In this document: piece after piece, positions 1 to 10,689 of the stretch
How the letters are laid out: each line of letters begins with the position of its first letter
Position numbering within the stretch: the stretch's first letter is position 1
NCBI RefSeq assembly: GCF_004010195.1
Contig: NC_057718.1
Coordinates: 57,802,042-57,858,212, forward strand
DNA: 56,171 nt
Source: Chiloscyllium plagiosum
Lineage: Eukaryota
Direction: 5' to 3'
Position numbers and translations under genes: made by a program
Notes under the pieces: generated by a model
Database searches by the model: none
Seen by the model: only the letters and a program-made list of their open reading frames with translations
Told to the model about the DNA's origin: nothing

Positions 1-685
1 TATCCACTACACTCTCGCATTAAAACAAATGCACCCACACCACCTGTCACTTTGTGTTCATCATCTGCTCCCTGCCTATTCTTCCCTTTAGTCACACTGA
101 CTTCATTATCTAGTTCCTTACAGGCTTTAGTTACTACCTCCTTATTGTCCACTAACCTCCTCATTTGGTTCCCATTCCCCTGCCACATTAGTTTAAACCC
201 TCCCCAACAGTGTTACCAAAAACACCCCCAAGGACATTGGTTCCGGTCTGGTTCAGGTGTAGACCATCCAATTTGTAATCGTCCCACCTCCCCCAGAACC
301 AGTCCCAATGTCCCAAACATTTGAACCCCTTTCTCCTACACCATCCCTCAAGCCATGCATTCGTCCTGTTTATTCTATTATTCCTACTCTGACTAGCATG
401 TGGCACCAGTAGCAATCTTGAGATTACTACCTCTGAGGTCCTACTTTTTAACTTGGCTCCTAACTCGCTAAATTCTGCTTGTAGGACCTCATCCTGTTTT
501 TTTTACCTATATCATTGGTACCTATATGCAGTTCACCCTCCCCCTTCAGAGTGTTCTGAGCCAATCTGAGACATCCCTGACCTGTGCACCTGGGAGGCAA
601 CATATTATTCGGGAGTCTCATTTTCGACCACAGAACCGCCTATCTACCCTTTTCAATTGAATCCCCAATAACTATAGCTCTGAAA
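1..685 (-). mobile_element. CR1-clade LINE fragment: ORF1 SGNH-esterase region and start of ORF2 (disrupted)
   Basis: ORF 188..415(-) NAWLEGWCRRKGFKCLGHWDWFWGRWDDYKLDGLHLNQTG carries the DGLHLN motif of CR1 ORF1 esterases; HIGTNDIG is encoded near 505-530. Confidence 0.85.
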
Positions 686-687
686 AG

Positions 688-907
688 CATCCCACCCAGA
701 CCCCACCCTATTCCTGTAACCCTGCATTTCCCACGGTCAATCGACCTAACCTGGTCTTTGGACTGTGGGAAGAAACCAGAGCACCCAGAAGAAACCTATG
801 CAGACATTGGGAGAATGTGCCATCTCCACACAGACAGTCACCCAAGGCAGAAATCCAACCTGGGTCCCTGGCACCGTGAGGCAGCAATGGTAACCACTGA
901 GCCACCT
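688..907 (-). mobile_element. tRNA-derived SINE (HE1/V-SINE type)
   Basis: Minus strand starts GGTGGCTCAGTGGTTACC (A box) ...GGGACCCAGGTTGGATT, then V-domain-like GGGTGCTCTGGTTTCTTCCCACAGTCCAAAGA. Confidence 0.85.
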
Positions 908-1127
908 GTCTTACTACTGAGTGCTCTTCTATTCACTTCCATCAGACTCAATCCAAGAAAAGGACACAAAGTGACCTGACAGAAGCAATGAAAGTCAGAA
1001 CTGCTCCCAAACCTCCAAAGTAACGTGCTGAAGGTTTGAAGTGGTGTTTGAGTTGGTTTCAGGGTAAGCATCATGATATGGTAAAGCTGGTTGTTTATTC
1101 CTTACTAATCTGAATCCATAAACTCTT

Positions 1128-1224
1128 GAAAAAAAAGTTAAATCCTTGATAGTCTAAATTTTTATTAACATCTAGAAAAAAAGGTTAAATCCTTGATATT
1201 CTAAATTTTTATTAACATCTAGAA
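1128..1224. repeat. 47-bp tandem duplication (2 copies, 2 mismatches)
   Basis: gaaaaaaaagttaaatccttgatagtctaaatttttattaacatcta at 1128-1174 repeated at 1175-1221. Confidence 0.95.
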
Positions 1225-1454
1225 TCAGTTTCTTTTGATTTTTGTTATATTTTCCAACTTTCTCGCCATTACTCATGTCACACAAGCAGGAAAAAAATTG
1301 ACACATTCTCATGCTTAGTGATGTTTGTGATACTTGAATAAGGGGAGGGTTTTTGCAAATTGATAGTTTCTACTTTACAACTATTGTGTCATATTTCTTG
1401 ATTTTCTGAGCTAAGATCCTTTCTCTCGACTGTCTTTATCCCATTCCAAAGCAA

Positions 1455-1990
1455 TGGCCTTAACCACTCAGAAGGACAAGGGCAGCAGATGCATGGGAAA
1501 ATCGCTACCTCCAAGTTCCTCTCCAACAAATCAGACATACGGATTTTAATTTGGAACTTTATTATAGGGTCAAAATCTTAGATCTCCTCTCCGAACAAAT
1601 GTTTCCTAACAATGAGTATACTTGTACCACATGGGCTGTAATGGGTCAAGAAGACAGTTTGACATCAACTTGTCAAAGGCACAGTAGAAATATCACTGAA
1701 CTATGAATACAAAGGCCCAAGCTAATGTTTTGGGGACACAGGTTCAAATCTTACTAAAGCAGCTGGTGCTATTTAAATTCAATTAATACATCTGGAATCG
1801 ATCGCTAGCCTCAGGAATAGTGATCTTGAAATTGCCATTCATAGTAAAAGCCAATCCAGTTCATTCACTAATATTATTTCGGGACTAACATCTGCTAACC
1901 TTATCCAGTTTGGCTACATGTGACTCCAGACACACAACAAGGTGATTGGCTATGATCTGTCCTCTCAAGAGGTCACTCAGTTCAAGGGGG
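1455..1990 (+). mobile_element. Decayed LINE 3' end (about 1455-1685) followed by a decayed tRNA-derived SINE (about 1688-1990)
   Basis: ggcagcagatgcatgggaa...gggtcaaaatc LINE tail; SINE has B-box-like ggttcaaatc and ggctacatgtgactccagac, with a homologous inverted copy at 24955-25292. Confidence 0.55.
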
Positions 1991-2524
1991 AGTTTCTTAC
2001 TGTTATTTTAATCTTATTTATTTCAAATGCTTCACACATGCAAACTCTATACTTTGAACTTTGACAATTGCTGAATTTTTATGAACTAACTTTGGGCTCT
2101 AATATCTTAATATCTTTGTTCTTTCCACTGCTCCTCCCAATCTGCTCTGTGTATTTTTTTCCCAAACACTGCACTGCTCCATCCTTTCCTGAATTCTTTC
2201 TCTACCTACATCCACTCCAAACCTCTTTGTAAAATAAGGCTGTATCTATTGCCCTGGTCATTTCATTCATCTGCTATTGGTTCCAGCCAGATTTAAGTGG
2301 AACCAATCCCAACAAAAGAGTCAGCCGTATGTTTAATCCTCTCAAGACTGGGCATCCATGAGGTGCAGTATGCCATCAACAATATTCAATTCTGGGCAGT
2401 TACTAGACCCCAGTCAGAACTAGAGAAGATATGGCACTTGCTGCAAGCCCACAAGGGAGCGTTATTATGAAACTGTGTGCTCTATGATAACTCAAGACTG
2501 AACAAGCCTTGAAACTGGTTGATG

Positions 2525-2597
2525 CTGGAAAAGCGCTGTGCTTTTCCAGCAACACATTTTCAGCTCTGATGTCCAGCAGCTGCAGTCCTCACTTTCT
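2525..2597 (+). mobile_element. Short Penelope-like element terminus with 18-bp TSD
   Basis: gcttttccagcaacacattttcagct matches 47925-47950; ccttgaaactggttgatg is duplicated at 2507-2524 and 2598-2615. Confidence 0.85.
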
Positions 2598-3169
2598 CCT
2601 TGAAACTGGTTGATGACTCACCAGTGCTCACATGACTCACTCCTTAAAGGAACAGTGTCCCAGTATAGTATATCCCAAATATAATACAAAACTAACAACT
2701 GCAAAATTGTCTTCAATTACAATCTCACGGCTTGGCATATCACCCGCTGTATCATTAGCAGAAATCAGGAGATCAACACTGCTTCAATGGAGAATGCAGG
2801 AGGGCATGTCAGGAGCAGCACTTATTATACCTAAAGATGAATCCTTAACCTTTTAGAACAATCACACAGGACTATTTGCATGCAGAATGTGAAATACGCA
2901 GCAAAGGAGTAACACAACGAATGGATCAGATTCGAGCTCTGCAGTACTGCCACATTCAGTCATAAATGGTAGTGAACAATTGAACCAAGAACAAGTGTAG
3001 GAGTCTCAATAAATAGCTTCATTTTCAACATCTCAGCACATGATTGACAATGCCATCAAATGGCTCTCACTCAGCAATAATCCACCAGCTGATGTTCAAT
3101 TTGTATTCCAGCAAATGCTGGCCCAGCCCACAACGCTCACACCTTTGTATAACTTTTTTAAAAAAAATC

Positions 3170-4945
3170 TATAAGACCATATGAAATAGAAGCAGAATTA
3201 GGCCATTAGGTCCATTTCTCCTTCACCATGAGATCATGGCTGATATGTTTCTCAACCCTATTCTCATGCCTTCTCTCCATAACCCTTGATTCCCTAACTA
3301 ATCAAGAAACAATCTCTCTCTGTCTTAAATACACTCAATGAAGTGGCCACCACTGCCTTCTGTGGAAATCAGTTACACAGTTACACCACACTTCAACTGA
3401 AGAAATTCCTCCTCATCTCAGTTCTAAAGGGTTGTTTCTTCACTTTAAAGCTGTACCCTGGGTCCTGCTCTCTCCTACAAGTGAAAACATCTTCTCCATG
3501 TCTACTCTATCCTGGCCTCTCAGTATTCTGTAAGTTTCAATCAGATCCTCCCTGACATTTCTAAATTCTATCAAGTACAGAGCTATAATCCTCAACTGTG
3601 TCTCATATGACAAGCCCTTCATCACAGGATCATTCTCCTCTGAATTCCCTCCCAGGGCAGCATTTCCTTCTTTAGAGATGGGGACAAAAACTGTTCACAA
3701 TATTGAATTGAATTTAATTGAATTTATTGTCACGTGTACCGAGGCACAGTGAAAAGCTTTGTCTTGCAAGCAATACAGGCAGATCACAGAGTTAATAACG
3801 TAGATAAGTAAATAATAGGTAAACACTGGCAAAAACCAAAACATAGGTATAGGCGAATGCTAGGAGTTTGTGAGTCCATTCAGTATTCTAACAACAGTAG
3901 GGTAGAAATTGTTTTGAAACCAGCTGGTGCGTGTGTTCAGGCTTCTGTACCTTCTCCCCGAAGGTAGAGGTTGTAGAAAAGCATTGCCAGGGTGGGATGG
4001 ATCATGGAGAATGCTGGCGGCCTTTACTTGACAGTGGGCCTGGTAGATGGATTCTATAGAAGGGGGGTTGGCCTTTGTGATTGCCCGAGCTGAGTTCAGC
4101 ACTCCAAATGCAGCTTGGCTGGGGCCTTATACAGTCTCACCAGTACATCTCCTCTCTTGTATTCTAGCCCTCTTGAAATTAATGCATTTGCCTTCCTAAC
4201 TGCCAGCTGAACCTGCATGTTAACATTAAGAGAATCCTGAACTAGAACTCCAAAGTCCCTTTGTGCTTCAGATGTCTGAAACCTTTCCCCATTTTGAAAA
4301 TAGTCTACGTCTGAACCTCACATTTGCCCATATTGCATTCCATTTGCCACTTCTTTGCACAGTCTCCTAGCCTATCCAAGTCCTTCTGCAGCTTTCTGAG
4401 CTCCTCAATACCATCTGTCCTTCCACTTATTTTTGTATCATCTACAACTTAACAACAATGTTCAGATCATTAATGTGTAACATGAATAGTTGTAGTTCCA
4501 ACACTAAGCCCTGTGGAACTCCACTAATCACCAACTGCCATCCATGAAAAAGACCTCTTTATTTCCACTCTTTGCATTCTGCCAGTCAGCCAATCCTCGA
4601 CTTATACCAGTTCCTGCCCTGAACAGTCTTATCTTAGCAATCTTGTTTGTGGCACCATGTCAATGACCTTCTGGAAATCTAGATAGATCACATCCACTGG
4701 GTCTCCTTTGTCTAACCTGCTCATTACCTGTTCAAAGAATCTGAACAAATTTGTTAGGCATGACCTCCTCCTGATGAAGCTGTGCTGACTCAGCCCTATC
4801 TTACCATGTACTTCCAAGTACTCTGCAATCCCGTTCTTCATAACTGACTCTAAAATCTTCCGAATCACCAAAGTCGGGCTAACTAGCCTATAGTCTCCTG
4901 TTTTCTGTGCCCCTCACTTCTTAACTAAGGGTGTTCATTAGCCAT
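3170..4945 (-). mobile_element. CR1-clade LINE, 3' part of ORF2 (RT) and 3' UTR, disrupted
   Basis: ORF 4629..4871 QHSFIRRRSCLTNLF...PVDVIYLDFQKVIDMVP (RT); ORF 3440..3625 REDLIETYRILRG. Confidence 0.9.
3704..4102 (-). mobile_element. Rex1/Babar-type LINE 3' end nested in the CR1
   Basis: ORF 3860..4102 DPSHPGNAFLQPLPSGRRYRSLNTRTSWFQNNFYPTVVRILN; (TTCAA)n-like tail at 3704-3722; host CR1 resumes on both sides. Confidence 0.8.
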
Positions 4946-5349
4946 GCAGTTCCTGAACATACTGCTGGTAGTTGTGACAATCCAAGATGATTTTTCTCTC
5001 TCTTTAGATGTTTAATTTGGTGAGGTCAGTTGTTATGTATATTTTCCCTCCATTATCCCATGCAATTAAAATCCTGAAATATTCAATAAATCACCATTGC
5101 TCAGTGATTCTGAACATTTTCATTCCTTTGCCACTGACTATTACAACACCCATTGGCCAACATACTGAAATAACAGACACTGCAAAAAAAAATTCAAAGC
5201 AACTTAATGATATTTCCAATACTATGTACTAAACTGAAATATTGACCCTTGTGTATTCCAAATGCTTATTTGTAAATAAAGAAATGTTATTAAAAAAAGA
5301 AAAATTAAAATGAATACAAAGTAAGACAAAAGAATACTTATAGGAATGA

Positions 5350-7080
5350 AGTCTCAATATGTTTCTGTGGTATGCCATTGGGATCTGTTGTTAGAGTTTG
5401 TTCTTGCTGAAGTGAAGAGCTTAACACTTGAAGCTAGACCCAGCAGCTGTGGTGGCTTCTGTGGATGAATAGTTGGGGCTTTCTTGCACAGATGGGCTCA
5501 GCAGGACATCAGATTTTGGGAGAGAATGAAGATTCCTGGTTTCTAATTCTACAGGCCTGGCATTGTAAGCTGCCTAGTTGCTTTACAGCAGTGCACTGTT
5601 TCAAAATGTCTCTTTCTGTCTCTCTGATCAGGGGAGGCATTTCTTCCAGATTCTTCAATGTGGCATTTCTTTCTGTATCAGAAGCCCAGTTGCCTTTCTG
5701 GGTATTCTTAGATAGCGAGCTAAAGTAGTTGCTCTTACCACAGGACTTAGGCAAACAAAACTGACTAATGTACCATTTAATGCTCCGGTGCTTTGAAAAC
5801 AAAATCCGTTTTTCAACTGTGGTTCTTAACATCCTAATATCGAATTTACGTTCTCACAATGGGGTGTACCTGAAACTTCAATATCTGTTGGACAAGACTG
5901 CAGTGAAACATAATCATATTGAGGTCTATCAAGTGGAGACTCAGTTTGAAATGCACAATTCTGACAGGGCCTGGGCCCATTTTGAAACAGCAAAGGATAT
6001 TTATTCCCCAAGAAAGAGGAAAAATGGGAGACATTCAACAGTTCTTTTAAAATTTACTGGATCATAACAACACAGTTGTGACACAGGTCAGTACAGGGAA
6101 GTTTTTCTTTTGAAACACATCCAATCCCGAATCTTTGATCACATGCACTGTGTTGCTTACCAAGATGACTGTGTGGAGTTTGCACGTTCTCCCCGTGTCT
6201 GCGTGGGTTTCCTCCTGGTGCTCCGGTTTCCTCCCACAGTTCAAAGATGTGCAGGTCAGGTGAATTAGCCATGCTAAATTGCCCGTAGTGTTAGATATAG
6301 GGGTAAATGTAGGGGTATGGGTGGGTTGCGCTTTGGCGGGTCGGTGTGGACTTGTTGGGCCGAAGGGCCTGTTTCCACACTGTAATGGAATCTAAAAAAA
6401 AAATCTAATGACACTGTCAATACCCAATCTATCACATTTTGTGATTCAGGGCTGTCATCTCTGTTTCCACATCGGCAGAAGTGACTGCGATGTTTTGAAG
6501 GCAATGTGTAATTGCAGATGAGAGAAAGGAATAGGCCTTACCTCTTCACTGTAGAGATGGTGAATTAGGAGATATCTCTGAGACAGAGTCACTGAAGTTG
6601 AGGCAACCCGCACTAATTACCACACTTCAAACTCAACCCCTGTGAACATTATCATCCCTTAACACTTGCAAAACAACATTGGCAGTTTCAAAAAAAGATA
6701 TGCGATTTGTCCAAGCAGTGTTTCTGCTGTAGCATCATTTACCCACCCCAGGCAGTATCCACTACTGACATGTGGTAAAGATTGGGGAAAGCAACCACTT
6801 TGCTGGTGTTTGTCATTCATCAGACAACACAACTGCAATGACCGATCCCTCATGCCACATACATATATCACAGCGAAAGGGTGAGGGATTGAGTGACCCC
6901 TGTGCTCTCTTTTGGACACAGCAAGTAGCCACAATTTACAAATACCACTGTTGACTGTTGGATATAGATGATGTCATTGTTACAAGAGCATTTATCAAAG
7001 TTAACCTTCATGGCTGCCCTGTCCTCTTCAAACCAGGGAAACCAAAAATGTTCCCTTCCAACAGTGACAAACCGCTGAAG
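5350..7080 (-). mobile_element. Ancient hAT-superfamily transposase fossil (DUF4371/ZMYM1-like), frameshifted
   Basis: Ordered degenerate motifs on the minus strand: LV*RGQGSHEG (about 7040-7005), HPFAVI..GMRDRS, DATAETLLGQI..LKLPMLFCKC (ORF 6659..6934), EATTAAGSSF near 5460-5430. Confidence 0.55.
6166..6403 (+). mobile_element. 5'-truncated HE1-type SINE inserted in the hAT fossil
   Basis: tgtgtggagtttgcacgttctccccgtgtctgcgtgggtttcc...gggccgaagggcctgtttccacactgta followed by an A-rich tail. Confidence 0.9.
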
Positions 7081-8419
7081 CTTCTTGGAATATTTGCAAC
7101 TCCAATCTCATTCAAAGAATGAATACTATGTACTGTGTCATTCCTGGACAATGTAACACATTTATCAGTATCCATGGGCAATAGATCTGACCACATTGAA
7201 AACTTATTCAATAAAAATGCGATAATTGTTTAATATGAACAGTCAATAAAGTAGAAATATCAAAGCTTATTCCTATACAAACCCCCAAATCAAACATGTG
7301 AAAAGAAAATACAAAATCTGTGACATTTCAGGAAACCAGAAACAAGCACAGATTTCTCTGCAGAGTTTGGTTTTCTGAAAATAAAACACATTGCTCAATG
7401 GATTATTCTTGAATGTAAAAGGATAAACATTTAAGGTGCTGTGGAGTTGTTGCTCTGGTAACAGCCCTGCACATGCTTCCAAATAAATTCCTCAAGGACT
7501 TCCCTGAAGGTTTGAATGAAATTTGCTGCAGCCAGCACAGGTTCATTGACCAAGAGTTTTCAACTTCTCAAAAAATTGCTTGCCCTTCCTGACCACACCA
7601 TCTTGACGTTTTTTAAGCAAGCCCATTATTGGATCAGTTATAGTGTTTATATTTTGTGCAAACTTGCGGTAAGAGTCAGACATTCCCCCAGAAATCTCAC
7701 TATTTCTCAAGTAGTTTAAGAGCATGAAATTCCAATAATGTTTGTACTTTTGGTAGTCTTCTGCTTGCCTTAGGATTTTCCCAAAATAGATTACTTGCAC
7801 CTTTGCAAATTTCCCTTTGGGCAAGTTAATCATCAAGTTAACCAATTGTAGTTTCCCAAACAAGGCTTTCAGTTGTTCTAAGGGATCCTCCCAAGTGGAT
7901 CACTGTATAGCACTACACCATTGAGGTAAATTGCACAATTTGGAACACTGGCTATCACTCGATTGTTTAGTCTTTGGAAAGTTGCTGCTACATTTTGCTT
8001 TTAGCCCAAATGACATCATTCAGTATTGGAAAAGATCATCTGTTGTGACAAGGCTGATATTCCTTTACCTCTGGATGTTAAAAGGACATTCCAATCCCTT
8101 TTTAACAAATCTATTTTGGTATGAAATCTGGCACTGCCAACCCTATCAATTCAGTCTTTCAACTGATGAATAGACAGGTGTCTGTCTTTGAGACTGCATT
8201 GACTTTTCTGTTGTCAGTGCAGAATCTGGCTAATCCATAAAGTTTAGGTATTAATACATCTCAGGAACTCCAGTGTCTTTAACTGGGTTCATTTCTGTAG
8301 CTTTCCAACCTGTATTAGATTTCTGCTTTTACCAAAGCTTCTTTCTCTGGAATGCCAATTTATAGGAGAGGATTCTCCTACATCCATATCATATATTGTA
8401 AAAATCGTACACTCAAATA

Positions 8420-8650
8420 AAAACAAAATACCACGGATGCTGGAAAACTGGAATAAAAGGAGAAAGTGCTGGAGAAACTCAGATACCTGGCAGCATCTGT
8501 GTAGAGAGAAACAGAATTAACATTTTGAGTGTGATATGACTCTTTGTCAAAACTTTAAAAAGTTAAATCAGACTTGCAACATTAACTCTATTTTACTGTC
8601 TCCACAGATGCTGCTGGCTTTGCTGAGTCTCTCAGCACTTTCTGCTTTTA
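8420..8650. mobile_element. Fold-back pair of old PLE termini
   Basis: agaaagtgctggagaaactcag...ggcagcatctgtg (8461-8501) versus ccacagatgctgc...ctgagtctctcagcactttct (8602-8643) in inverted orientation. Confidence 0.6.
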
Positions 8651-8845
8651 GGTTATGGTGGCCAGATCATCGAATATATTTAAAACTCAGCTGGATAGAT
8701 TCTTTAATATTGAAAGGATCAAGGGTTACAGGGAGGAAGTAGAAGAATAGAGTTGAGAAACTTATCAGGCATGATTGAATGGTGGAGTAGATTCAATGGG
8801 CTGAATGGCCTAGTTTCTGCTCCTTTGTTTTATGGTCTTATGGTC
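8651..8845 (+). mobile_element. CR1 3' end fragment
   Basis: ggatcaagggttacagggag...atgggctgaatggcctagtttctgctcct...tatggtcttatggtc tail. Confidence 0.75.
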
Positions 8846-9637
8846 TTTCTTTTTGCAAACGGTACATACCCTGATTTGGCCAGATAGAATCCTTTAAATT
8901 TTGGGAGTAACATTGTTATGTCATTTTGTTCTTTTATGGTTAAATATGAAAGCCTGATCTATTATCTTCCTAATAGTTCAATGTTAGCTAACCAGACAGT
9001 AATGGTTTGATATGGGAATGGTTTAGGCCTCTTATATCATCCTCACTATCTTCTTCACCCTCAATTGTGCTTATTGCCTGCACTTGCTTATCCTCCTCCT
9101 GACAGTTATTATCTTTGAAGATATTAATGTAGCACAGCAAATTCTGGGGGTATCAATTAGATACTGACCAACTCTTTAGAGTTCCCTACATGGACCATTG
9201 AATCAAGTTTTGAATAGTTCACTCTGTGAAGGAAGTAATCTTAACACTTCACTCTCTGACTGAAATGCTTCGGATTTGGCCTTATGCTTGGCTTTTTGTT
9301 TCATGGTTGTTTCTAATGCTCCAAAGAGTTTTTAAGTTACTCCGCAGGCTCTATTGAGCTGTTCCCCATGCACAAATATATAGTCTAATGTGGATGATTC
9401 ATCCTTCATATGAAAAACATTTCCTTAATTACTGTCAAAGGTCCCCTACCTCATTGCCATAAACTTATTCCAACGGATTAAAACCAGAGAACTCATTGGG
9501 TGAATTCCAGGCGACAATCAAAGAACATTCCAGTACTTTGTTACAACCGTGGAGGTATTCATCACCATGTGCCCTGATTGTCACTTTGAAGATTTGGTGA
9601 AACTGTCCTCAAGACCCTTGTGTCTGTGAGTGATACT

Positions 9638-9935
9638 ATAGAAACCCTGCAGTGTGGAAGCAGGCCATTTGGCTCATTGGGTTCACACCGGCCTCCTGAA
9701 GAACCTCCTATCCAAACCCACCTCCTTACCCTCTCACTGTATTTCCCATGTCTATTCCACCTAACCTGGATATTATGGGCTGGTTAGCCCAATCCACCTA
9801 ACCTGCATATCTTTGGATTATGGGAGGAAACTGGAGCACCTGGAGGAAACCCCAGGCATGGGGAGAAAGTGAAAACTCCACATAGCCAGTCACTTAAGGG
9901 CAGAATCAAACCCAGGACCCTGGTGCTGTGAGGCA
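9638..9935 (-). mobile_element. HE1-type SINE
   Basis: Reverse-complement homology to 6166-6403 and same orientation as 688-907 (tgggaggaaactggagcacctggaggaaaccc...ccctggtgctgtgaggca). Confidence 0.85.
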
Positions 9936-10689
9936 TGCCATGAGAAATTGAAAATTTTTAAATAATTATACTCAGACTATTCACTTCTTTTTGAAACATG
10001 TTAGACATTAAATTGGAATCTTGATCAGAATAGATCTCCATCAATAATCTGTATCAAGGGAAGAACTGAGTTAATGTCTCCATCACCACCTAACCAATGG
10101 ATGTATGGATATGTCTCTGGGACCTGGATGGAACAGCTGTCACCTTTGTCACACACAGTGAAAGTAAAAGGCCAGATGGACTATTACAACCAAAGGCACC
10201 GCAGAGTCTGCTTCTGACTTGCAGGCGGCTGATCAGGAGGAAGTGAACACACAACCTAAACAAATCATACATCAGCCATTAGACGCAGAGATCCACAACA
10301 ACTCAGCAAATGAAATAGAACACCAATGACTACCACAGCACCAATAAATGACACATAAACAACAATCCGTAGTGAAAAAAAAGCCCAGATTAACAGCAAT
10401 GACACCGAATATGCATGCATTTTGGCATGTTAAGTGGCCAACAATAGTTAAGGACTACTTGTTCAATAACGAAAATGATAGACTGTTAAGGTGTGAGAAC
10501 AGTCATGCATACAGTTGGGTAACCTGGAAAACTGAAAGGTACATGATAGTGCATGCCATGTTTTCTTCTTTTTTTGTATCAAATAGGGGATGCTTGTGTG
10601 GAGATGCAATCATGTACAAATGGTTTGCCGTCGTAATGTGGCACACGCCCTGTGGATAGACATCTTAAGACTCCCTTCACTAAAGTCCT

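Larger units (their letters stand above)
7500..9520 (-). mobile_element. Decayed Gypsy pol with integrase upstream of RT (Gmr1-like)
   Basis: About 9510-9425 reads SPNE..GFNPLE*VYGNEV.GPL.VIKE (integrase C-terminus, with frameshifts); about 8250-7500 reads RFCTDNRKVNAVSK, KIDLLK, MSFGLK, ATFQRL, IYLNGVVLYS, NLPKGKFAKVQVIYFG (RT). Confidence 0.75.

Noticed and set aside
688..907. tRNA gene (A/B boxes)
   Set aside because: This is the tRNA-derived head of a SINE, with no full cloverleaf.
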